Source: Octopus vulgaris (lineage: Eukaryota). Taken from it: a DNA stretch of 64,000 bases. The position numbers and the translations under genes are program-made. Every line of letters starts with the position of its first letter. Positions within the stretch are counted from its first letter, which is position 1. Positions 52,551-64,000 of the stretch are shown here, piece after piece. The stretch lies in NCBI GenBank assembly GCA_951406725.2, contig OX597816.1, positions 85,746,001 through 85,810,000 on the forward strand, read 5' to 3'. The notes below the pieces were generated by a model that was given only the letters and a program-made list of their open reading frames with translations, made no database searches and was not told the DNA's origin.

Positions 52551-53045
52551 TATATAGAAAATAGTAAAAAGTGAAAAAACTACCGAAGGCTTGTTTTAAA
52601 AGGTTAAAAAATATATACTTGAGTCATTATGTCAGAAGAATGTTATAAATTTTTTTTCATACAGTGACATAGTTTTTGAGGAAATTACCGGTTTCGTGTT
52701 AACTTTTCAAATTTCTCAAAACATTGTTATGATTTCGTTAAGAAGTGTAAAGTAGAGTTCCAGGTAAGGGGAGGTAATAAGTGATTTCTGTCGTTTAAGT
52801 GAAATAAGTGAAATCACTTATTACCTCCCCTTACCTGAAACTCTGCTTTACACTTCTTAACAAAATCACAACAATGTTTTGAGAAATTTGAAAAGTTAGC
52901 ACGAAACCGATAATTTCTTCAAAAACTATGTCACTGTATGAAAAGAATTTATAACATTCTTCTGACATAATGACTCAAATATATATTTTTTAACCTTTAA
53001 AACAAGCCTTCGGTAGTTTTTTCACTTTTTACTATTTTCTATATA
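52551..53045. repeat. Large palindrome (about 237-bp arms, 21-nt spacer) with a degenerate minimal hammerhead in each arm
   Basis: Arms 52551-52788 and 52810-53045. gaaat-TTGAAAA-gt taac ac-GAAA-ccgg-TA-atttc occurs at 52681-52715 (-), with a variant at 52883-52916 (+). Confidence 0.9.
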
Positions 53046-53078
53046 TTCAAGCACGTGCTTTCACACACCAACTTTCTC

Positions 53079-53126
<48 letters not shown>

Positions 53127-53309
53127 ACCGATGATGGTGTGTTTACATCCGCGTCACTTAGCGGTTCGGCATAAGAGACCGATAAAATAAGTACTGGGCT
53201 TACAAAAGAATAAGTCCCGGGGACGATTTGCTCGATTAAAGGCGGTGCTCCAGCATGGCCGCAGTCAAATGACAGAAACAAGTAAAAGAATAAAATATAT
53301 ATATATATT

Positions 53310-54195
53310 TCTGTGTCCTTGCCCAAGTGTCCACCTTTCCCTCCACGACACTAACCATGCTCTGCGTCTATTCAACTCCTTCTTCTCTCCTAACCCCTCT
53401 AAACTTCTCTTCACTCTTGATATCAAGAGTCTATTATACGGTGATGCCACACAACGAAGGACTTCTTCCTCTCAAACACTTCTAGTCAGACCTTTGAAAC
53501 ATCCTCCAGCCTGACATCTCAACACTTCTTCGTGTGGCTGAACTTGTTCTCTCCCTCAACTGTTTCCTGTTCGGGGAGGATCTTTACCAACAGGTCTCGC
53601 GGCTGGCCACTGGAACGAGAATTGGCGCCAACTATACGAATCTGTTCGTTGGTTACGCTGAAGTCCAAGTTTTAACACTATTCACTTGTACTACTTCCGA
53701 ACTACACGATCGTTATATTGATAAAAGTATCATAACCCCCCACTACACCACATACACTAGCACTGACCACTTCCCAGCACCCACACCGCACATTAGTATA
53801 TGCACGCCCACACAACGCCATTCGCACATCCACATACCCACACATTGCATACGCACACAACGACACATCGAACTTAATAGCTCCTATCCACACATACACA
53901 CATTCTCACATGCATACACACGCATGCGTACCTTCATTTTGGGATCACCAGTACTTTATTACCTCCTCTTCTTTCTACCTCTCCTGTCCATCTTTTTCCC
54001 CAACCAGTTGCCTTGCTTGATCGCTAAATCTACAAGGTTTTCTCTGTTTATTTCTTTATTTGCTCAAATTCCTTTCTGTTGAAGAGCATCGGCTCGAAAC
54101 CAAGAAGACTCACTTTACTGAGCGTCAAACTAATACACCTGCTTGTTGTTCATACACCTGTGTTCGCCTTTGGTTTTTCTGTAAATTCCAACTAT
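53310..54195 (+). mobile_element. Decayed, internally deleted Penelope-like element (RT core plus 3' end)
   Basis: LLFTLDIKSL, ELVLSLNCFLFGEDLYQQV..ATGTRIGANYTNLFVG and RYID. The 3' end ttgaagagcatcggctcgaaac (about 54079-54100) matches 16403-16430. Confidence 0.75.
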
Positions 54196-56344
54196 ATATA
54201 TACATGATAAGCATAAATGTAAAACATATTTATATAGGTTATATATCTTGTGATATGTGTAAATAAATATTTTAAAGAGAACATGAAACATACGGTGCAA
54301 GCACCTTAATATATGTGATAGGGCGAACCTTCGTCTGAGGCTCCAACATCTCTAAACATCTACCATTGCTTTGAATTTCTTATATTATTGCTGCTCAGTT
54401 TCAATACTGGATCGTAGAGGACAAGGAGACCGTGTCCTGGTATCACCTGATGTGGTCTTCTTCGTATCTTACAAATATTCCTATGTACAATTAGCGAAGC
54501 CTTAATCAATAAACGAAGCATCAGATCATTTCTATGCTCGTAGAAAAGACCTATTGTATTTTTGTATTTTTGCCCAAAGGTTGCGGGCAAGAATATATTA
54601 CTTTTGTAGTGTTTTGAGTACAAGTGGTGTATTTCTGATCCAGCACTTACATTGGCTGACTGCAGTTCCTAAATTTTATTCTTTCTACCTTTCTGCTGTT
54701 TTTTTTTTGTCCTCTACCAAATGACTCTTACATTCGTATATGTAGCCACTAAAAGTTCTGTACTGCATCACCGATCCCGTTATCTTTCTCTTTCCACGTG
54801 CAATAAGAGTTTACTACTTTGAGATTGACTTGTTATCTTCGAGGGTCATGAGAATTAGCATGGCTATTGAGAACTCTGTTGACCAGTCCTTTGCCGGAGA
54901 GGCAAATGTGAATCAAGGATTTCCTAATATAGTGCAACACAGAAGGCGGTAAGCTAGCAAAATCGTTAGCACGCCGGGAAAAGTGCTTTGACTACATTTC
55001 TCCCATCTTTACGCTCTGAGTTCAATTCCACCGAGGTCAAATCTGCTCTTCATTATTTCGGGGTCGATAAAATATATACCAGTTGAACACTCGGACCTTA
55101 CACCGTACCCTGAAATTCTGGCCCCGTGCTAAGATTTGAAACAAATATATAACAAAACAGCACTGTAGATAGACTTTCTATGTATAATTTGTATTTATCT
55201 TTCGTATCGCTCTAAACTTCAACGACAAGGGATACATAAATGTCCGTCTAGTTCCTTTCGCGTGTACACTGTCAATCTATACCTCCGCGACATCGTTCCT
55301 TAAATGCTACAACAATTGTACTCATAAGACACGTCCGTTGTTTTGAGAAGCTGATATATGTAATATTCCTACATTCAAAATTTTAAAATATTTACTAGAA
55401 CATCTACTATGGATTCAGCACCAACACGCTATTTCTGCTAACATCTAGTTCTGATGACTAGAAAATTCGTAAAAGTAGGGAGTTATACGATATTAATAAC
55501 ATAACAATAATCCTTTCTTGTTTAGATGTAAGGGAAACAATTTTGCTGGAGGGGCTAGTCAATTATATCGATTCCATTAGTCAATTGGTACTTACTCCAT
55601 TCACTCTGAAAAGATGAAAGGCAAAGTTCACAGCGGCGAAATTTGAAGCTAGAATGTATAGACGGAGGAAATAACGTTTAGCATTTTGTCCAACGTGTTT
55701 ACGAAACTATCCAATGACTAAATTATCTAGCCCATTAAGCAAGGGCTTAAACCTATCATTTCTTGGTCAAAACACACACATACACATACACAAAACTACA
55801 CACTCACACGACATGCACACGTACACACAAACATGTACACACATATCTAAATATATACCTACATATGTATGTATTATTTTCCTATCATGTATTCTACACC
55901 ACCAAGCTAGACGGAGCCTTTCATCGCAAGGAAGAACAACATGAATTTTCCGCTAAACTATTTCAATGGTTAACATTACTAATACAGTTCCCATAAAATT
56001 TTCATGTGTTGTTTCAATATAATTTCACAAACCATCACAGATTTCATATTACCTTTAAAATAATGTTATGGTTATGACTCATTTGGCGTCACAAATCGAT
56101 CGCTTAATAGGGTGACGGAAGGGTCATATTCGTAAAATATCACTGTCACTGCTAAATTGCCCACGCCACCAATTTCCAATCAAAAACAATCAACTAGACA
56201 GCAGTTTATTTAAAATGATCGAGAGCAGCGTTTAATTAGAAAATGCAGTACAATGTATCAGATAAAGTATTTGGCATACCAATTGTACCGAATGATAATT
56301 TATGCCTAACAAATATCGCTTGGAGTTTTATAGCAGAATATAAT

Positions 56345-56418
<74 letters not shown>

Positions 56419-56998
56419 CCGAGAGAGAGGGGGAGTGATAGAGAGAGAGACAGAGATAGACAGACAGACATAAATATAGAGTCAGGACACATACGAGTTT
56501 AAAGTATATATATCTTTATCCGCGTGACTTCCACTAGATTACTGCCTTTTCGCAACCTTGTTAATGTATTATTAATTTCGGTTTGGAAGAAATAATCCGT
56601 ACATGTTTGTATTGGTATATATATACTCAGCATTATATAAAACTATTGTATTACCACAAATTAATGCTCGGTTTCTTTCTCTGCGTATTTTGTGAATATA
56701 CACTTCTACCTAAAAATGCCGAGCATACTTATTATTGTAAGATGTACGCATGATTTCTTTCATACTGAAATTAATACGTTTAATATTCTGTTTAACACCC
56801 GGCCACCAAAGCCTCAACGAAAAAAGTGTAATAGAAAACAATAATTTGGGCAAACGAAATGCGGGTGGGGAGAAGAGTTTCGGAATATTCACACGATCCG
56901 ATTTTTCCCTCACAACTTCCAGCATCGGTGGTGGGGTCAAGCGCAAACACACAAAAATATACATATACATACATATAATATATAATACACACACACAC

Positions 56999-57032
<34 letters not shown>

Positions 57033-57036
<4 letters not shown>

Positions 57037-57590
57037 CGGACCTCTTTCAGTTTCCGTCTACAAAATCCATTGAGAAGGATTTGGTCGGTTCGAAGTTATA
57101 GTAAAAGACACTTTCCACAGGAGCCACGTAGTGGGACTGAACCTGACACTATATGGTCGGTAACTAAGATACTTACCGCTCAAACACTCCTTTTATTCTT
57201 TTACTTCTTTCAGTCAATCGACTGCAGTCATGCTTGGGCACCACGTTTTAGGCGAAGAAATCGACCCTACAATTTATTCTTTGTACGTCTGGTGCTTATT
57301 CTATCAGAATAGTTTGCTGAACAGCTAAGTTACGGTGATATAAACACACCAAGATCAATTATCTCGCGATGAGGGAGGATAAAGACAAAGACGCGCGCGC
57401 ACACACACACACTGATATATATGTATATATACGACGGGCTTCATTCAGTTTCCGTTTACGTAATCCACTCACAAGGCTTTGTTCGGCCCCCGGCTATAGT
57501 AGAAGACACTTGCCCAAGGTGTCATGCAGTGAGACTGTACCTAGAACCGTGTGGTTGAGAAACAAGCTTTCTTCCGATAAAGCCACACCT
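57033..57590 (-). mobile_element. Cluster of tRNA-derived SINE fragments
   Basis: acgacgg..tttcagtttccgt..aaatccactcacaaggcttt..agaagacacttgcccaaggtg occurs twice. The same family is on the + strand at about 62270-62405, 63877-63970 and 40760-40875. Confidence 0.7.
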
Positions 57591-57728
57591 AGTTATTTAT
57601 TTGGTTGTTTCTGTATGTGTGTATGTGTGTGTGAACGTTAGAAACATATTCACTTTGAACAATCTATGAAGGTACGTGCATGATTAAGAAATACTTTTAC
57701 CGGCAGTGTAGCGACGGTTTCCACCTAC

Positions 57729-57767
<39 letters not shown>

Positions 57768-58130
57768 AACGGATGTCTTACAAAACTATTCCGCACATAC
57801 AATAGCAGCCATACCAACCTAACACACCTCCATCATTAGCTGCCATACAGATATCACTATATATATAATAAGAGGCGTAGAGAGAGTCGGAATAACCGAC
57901 ACATGGATACTTACGTGCATATATGCAACATATGCACAAACATATGGACATTTATGCATACAAGCATGTTTACTGACAACCTATGTGTAGCATCTCTGAG
58001 TACAAGGTATTTCGCTAATTTGAAGGCCTCCCGACCTAGTGAAAGGATCTTACACTTCTAATTTCGAAGTGTTATCATCATTAGAAGTAAAGTAATTTCC
58101 ATGATTTGCTTTAGTTTATTTTATATCGTA

Positions 58131-59383
58131 CGAGGGGCGTTCAATAAGTAATGCCCCTGACCCACTTGCAGTTGTTTGATCTATCTGAAATTTTGCATGT
58201 GCAATTATTTATACCTCTATAGATTAAGTGAACTAATTGTGGTTTCTGATTTACAGGTGTTTGAACTGAGTCAAGTGTGAAATGGAGCCTGTTGAGTGTC
58301 GAGCAGTGATCTGGTTTTTGTATTTGAAAGGACGCACACCACAGGAGACTTTTGATGAAATGAAAGTAATTTATGGTGATGATGCCCCATCATATGACCT
58401 TGTAAAACGCTGGCATCGTGAATTCAAACATAGTCGGAACTCTGTGGAAACAGCTCCCAGATCTGGTCGCCCCCTTCTGCCGTTGATGAGACGTCTGTCC
58501 GTCAAGTTGAGGCTGCCATTTTGGAAGGTCAACGCATAACTATTCGCCAAATACCCCATAAGGTCAAGATTAGTACCGGGTCTGTGGAAACTATCATTCA
58601 TGACCATTTGCATATGCAAAAGGTGTCTGCCAGATGGATTTCCAGGTTGCTCACACCTTTCCAGAAGCAAGAACGCTTTGAGTGCTCGAGGATGAATTTG
58701 GAGATGTGCCAAGAAGATGAGTCAAAATTTTTCAAAAGACTGATCACACAGGATAAAACCTGGGTCCATCACTATGATCCATAGACCAAAGCCCAGTCAA
58801 TGCAGTGAAAGCACCGTGACTCACCTCCTCCAAAGTAGGCAAGGTGCGGCCCTCCGCTGACAAGGTTATGCTCACAGTCTTCTGGGACCAGGAAGGAGTA
58901 GTGATGACAGATTTCCTGGCAAAGGGTACCACAATTACAGGAGCCTATTATGCTTCACTTTTGAGGAAATTAAGAGAAGCTATCAAAATCAAGAGGCGGG
59001 GCAAGATCAGCAAAGGCATCCTCCTCCTGCAGGACAACGCTCCGGTCCACAACTCGCGTGTCGCCAGATCAGAAGCACAGGCGTGCAGCTATGAACTCCT
59101 CCCCTTGCACCCTCTGATTTTCACCTTTTCCCAGCCATGAAGTTGATTTTGAAAGGAAAGCGTTTCCCAGATGATGCAGCCTTGATTTCTGAAGTCACGT
59201 CGTGGTTGGAGGACCAAGCTGGGGTCTTCTACAAAAACGGTCTCCAGAGCTGTATCAAACGATGGGAGAAATGCATAACTCTGGGTAGTTCCTATGTAGG
59301 AAAAGACTAATAACTGGGCCAAGTGTCGTTGCTCTACTGCTATGGGAAGTGGGTCAGGGGCGCTACTTATTGAATGCCCGTCG
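58131..59383 (+). mobile_element. Full-length mariner transposon, about 37-bp TIRs, TA target duplication
   Basis: TA|cgaggggcgttcaataagtaatgcccctgacccactt ... aagtgggtcaggggcgctacttattgaatgcccgtcg|TA. Confidence 0.95.
58282..59310 (+). pseudogene. Mariner transposase pseudogene
   Basis: HTH region, PRSGRP, ARWISRLLT, ITQDKTWVHHYDP, VMLTVFWD, LLQDNAPVH and APSDFHLF. Has stops, a frameshift and loss of the YSPD motif. Confidence 0.92.
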
Positions 59384-62300
59384 TATATGGCCATAGACAC
59401 AACGTCCGACTCATGTGTTACCGGTTTCCGCCATCTGAAAAGCATACATGGAAAGTATAAACATTACTCTCTTCTTCCTAAATGTACATGTGTGTTGAGA
59501 TAGCTTCGATGATGGAAATATCACTCGTCGGAGTGTGAGCAGTTTTAGATGGCTGAAGCCAGTGCGTTTACATTTTGTCCATGGAGAAATACAATGATGC
59601 TGAACACAAGAATAGGAATTAGCAGTTGGTGCATAGTCTGTTATAGGAAAGTAGAGTACTAAATAATAAATGTTTTTAAGAATGGTTTAATGACCTGTTG
59701 GTTCGTTCAACACGTTCGACCACTGGTAACTTTACGTGCTCTGGAATCTGTATATAAAGATAATGCATTCAATGAACTATCAATCTAATGAGTTATGATA
59801 CTGCCAAAATGACGTAACCAATCCTTTAGATTTACATTATCGCAAAAGTTTACACCAAACAATTCTGTTTCTCAATCCTGATATGGATCGATTTTTCATT
59901 TATCTCCTCGAGGTCAATTATCTGAATACCAACACGGCTGAAGAATTTGCTTTTATCAGCTATATTATTCCCTCTTTAAAAAATAAATGGCCATGGTGAC
60001 TAAGTAAAAGCAAACGATTGTTCAGCAGTTTTAGGAAAATTTACCAATATGAGTGCCAAGAACCAATGTAATATGGACAAGAGATCTGCTTTTGTGCTTT
60101 CGTATTTTGTATATTGATCTCACTCATAACAAAAGACTGTTTTCCCTTCAATAGAGAAGTCGGGTAGCTTTTTTTTCTTCTTTGTATATTTTTTGTACAT
60201 GAGCTGATCCACGCCTTCGGTGTGCAATGTGAGTCAAGTGATTGATGAGTGGTCAGAAAATATGATATTAAAGTGGTCATTAATCTGATATGCAAAAGAT
60301 AGAATATTGACCAAGGAACGAAATACGAAAGAACTTTCCTTTCTTCTATAGATTTGTGAATATTTTACTTTTATTTATTTTATTGTATATTTCTATTTTC
60401 CAGGCCAACAACTGATAAAACAGATAATTTTCTATAGATTTTTTCAAGAGGTAATGATAAACGAAACCATATGCATCGATTTCTAGATATGTCATATATT
60501 ATATAGCTTAAATTCCGAATTTTGTTTCGGCATTTCTTGAAGGCAAAGAAAAGCAGAATCTGAAATATCAAAATATCATTATACGACATACATACGCAGT
60601 TACACACAGAAAAACAAATACACACACATTTGCATGTGCATATGCTCCGTAAATAGCCTTTCAATATCAAATAGTTAATAGAGAAAAGGAGTGGCTTTTA
60701 GGCATAGAAAATTGGGTATGAATCTGACCTAGAGGTTCGGCGTAGCAAGCGATTGACTCAGAGCATTACAATGAAAACCTATTAGAGATACCTTGGAGAA
60801 TATGCACTATCATCATCTCCATCAGAATTATTATTACTGTCTGTGTTCTCATCAGCGCTAAACTCCAGACAATTATTGTTATCATAGCTTCCACACCGAA
60901 TACAATTATAATTACCACCATCACCGCCATCATGGTCAGCATTTAACATCGTCACCATTATCATCATGATCACCATCGTCGTCATAATCATCATCATTCT
61001 TATTATAGCAGTCGTCGTCATCGTCATCATCGTCGTCGTTATGATCTCCCTCCGCATCCTCATCATCGGTATTTTATGATCTTCCTCATCATCAATATCA
61101 CTACGATTATCATCATCATCATCATCATCCTAATCCTCATCATCGTCGTCGTCATCAAAATTTTTGCTAAAATCAGCAGTAACTGCGTCGCTTTTATTAT
61201 GAATAATATCACCATAACAACAATTTCATACGCATACATTCTATACTTGTTGGCTAACCACCATTTTTCACCAGAGCATTTTTCTGAAAGAAAACGTTGA
61301 TTTTTTAGTAAATAATATTTTGAACCAAAACATTAATTTATGATACGTTGTAAAGATCTTTGTCCAAAAATTCTAAACTTTGACACCTAAAATTATGAGT
61401 TTCATACTAATTTATTCACAGACATAAAAAAAAAACTGAATATGGAAGTACTTGGGAGTACTGGGGTTATGTGAAACTGATGGATCGATGAGTTACATAA
61501 GATTTTCAGGCCCAAAGTGTAGCATAAAAAGGATAATCATAAGACATGTTCAGCAATGAACATATCAAATCTCACATTGCAATAAATATGTTGATAGTAA
61601 CCTTAATAGAATGATTCATGCCGAGTGAAAATATCTATCAATGCCAGTAGGAAGTAACTTTATACACACACACACACACAGAGTCAGGCAAACATACATG
61701 TGTATGTATACATACATATATGACCAATAGTAAAACCCGTTCAACAAAGGGTTATTTCTCTACGCTCCAATATTAGAATATGATGTGCAAAACTGAAAAC
61801 ATTCTACACAATACGATATATTTTATAGAATTTCAAATGTCCTCATTCAGATACTGTAATGGTAAATTTATAAAGATCCACTGCAGGAGGCAAAGGTGAG
61901 GAGAGCCGTACGACCTGAATTGGTTATTTTCGCCGTCATTCGTGCAAATTGAACCTATAATTTGAAAGAACTTGGTATGGCAATACAAATTTAAATTGCT
62001 AAAAAAGTTTTGTATTTTATTAAATTGGGAATATAATATATAATATAACTGCTCCTGATAATGTTCAAGAAAACAGAAATCTAGGTTTAGCAATTTCACT
62101 GCTGCTGTCGGACAGTGTAAGTGCGCTACCGTTTGGCCTCTCTGCGGTTTAGTACATTATGTCTGTACGAAATGCTGTATCTGGAGGCATATCGCAGTTT
62201 CATGATTTTCTGTATATCCACAAATATTGAACTAAATATCTAACTATAGCCATCGACGGGTTGTAGGAAGTCTACTCCTTAATAACAAGCTTATGTATTC

Positions 62301-62458
62301 TGTCGTATGGCGTATGACCTATGGCAAATGTCTTTTGTTTGCTTCGGGCCAAACAAAATCTTGTGAGTCGTCTTTGTAAACGAAAACTGAAAGAAGCCCG
62401 TCGTATATATATATGTGTGTGTTTGTGTGTGTGTAAGTGTGTGTATAAGTAAATATAA

Positions 62459-62495
<37 letters not shown>

Positions 62496-64000
62496 CATAC
62501 ATATATGCATGTATATATTTATGTATGCAGGTATGCATGTATGTATGTATGTATGTATGTATGTGTGGGTGAATGTCCAACCCAGCCCAATTGATAACCG
62601 GTGACTGATAGCATAAGTACCAGGTTAAAAAAAATATGTACTGTTGTCGATTCGTTCGACTAAATCTATTCAAAGTGGTGCTCCAGCATTGCCACAGTCT
62701 GAATTATTGAAGCAAGTAAAAGACAAATGAAGGTAATACTGCTTCTGCCGTTAGTGTCGAACACATTTTTTGAAACAATTGTTAGTTCATTAAGCAACGT
62801 ATTTTTAAAATTATCCAATCTTTTTACGTAATGATATTTGATTTACACAGCCAATAATTTTGACAGGAGGGGTGCAATCGATAACAACGCGCCCATTACT
62901 TGACTGTTATTTTATCGATCATGAAACAATGAATGAAAGTGTTAACCTGGAGGGGATTTGAAAGCAGGAACTAAAGAGATTCAACAAAGAGATTTTTCCC
63001 CAAACTCTATCGATTGTGTCAGCTGCCTACCTAGTGTATTATTTTCATAATACTAGGTTCAAGCATTTAGACGAATTCCTGGTTGATAATACGAATTTAT
63101 GAGGTTATGGTGAATTTATTATATAATTTAATCGATAATATGATGCTTAGAGGTACGAAAACACTATATTCGGCATGAGAAAATATTTCTTTGTGACATA
63201 TAATTCTTTAATTTCAATTCCCTTCAAAGTAAGCATTTAAAAATAACTGTTTTAGGGCTATACTCTTGCCTTAAAATATCATTGAATAGATTAACGTTTT
63301 ACTATCTTCAATTCACGAACAATTTTCTAATCAATGGAACCTCGTTTTCCCTAAATATAAGTGCAAATCATCCCTGTCGTTCGTCTTTTTAAGAATTGAA
63401 TCCTCTATCGTTTTTATGTTTAAAACAAAAACATGTTTGCTGGCAATGTAAGGAAATGCCGCTTTGTTTCGTCGCCATTGTAAATATTCTCAGGGGAAAA
63501 TTTTTAACTAATTCTTAACCACACAATCTTAATTCAGACTTCTAGCAATTAATACAATCGATGCTTTCTTCGTCATGAGCGAATGTATTCACGTCATTCA
63601 CTCATCGTTTCCACATGTTAAATGAGTTCTCAATTAGTGTAAAGATCTCTTTATTCATAAGTTTTCTGAAATCTTTCTTTTCACACAATAGTGGATCACT
63701 ACATAAAGTATTGTTTTCACGAACATAGCCAAAGCAACTTTGCATGTGTGTGATTTTACCAAATCGCGTAACATACACCACATGTCAACATTAACAAGTG
63801 ATGGTTTTTCATTTCTAAGAATAGTTTTTGTGTTTGAAGAATACGTATAATATACGTACATGCATGCATCTACATTCAGGCGTGGCTGTGTGGTAAGAAG
63901 CTTGCTTCTCAACCACATAGTCTTGGGTTCAGTCCCACAGCGTGGCACCTTGGGCGACTGTCTGCTACTATATGATCTCGTGAGGGCGCGTGGCTTAGTG

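Overview
AT-rich, microsatellite-dense eukaryotic DNA. The tRNA-headed SINEs and (TA)n/(CA)n/(TAA)n load suggest an octopus genome (inference). No host protein-coding gene can be confidently called. The main structure is a 12-kb head-to-tail retroelement train at 2801-14785: four ~1.75-kb ORF1-only (HAL1-like) non-LTR elements followed by one near-full-length L1-group, Tx1-like LINE (ORF1 plus APE endonuclease-RT-CCHC ORF2). All five units end in the same 3' tail and are separated by the motif CACAT(C/G)G(A/C)GGAAA. The train sits inside a decayed ORF1 of a third related family, and a SINE at 488-618 carries the same 3' tail. A second theme is Penelope-like elements and fold-back palindromes, many with type I hammerhead ribozyme cores that have palindromic stem III. 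Also present: an internally deleted Gypsy element, a full-length but dead mariner, other Tc1/mariner and RTE remnants, a Dong/R4-like 3' end in (TAA)n, a truncated tRNA-Val(TAC) and many SINEs. All alignments and RNA folds were done by eye.
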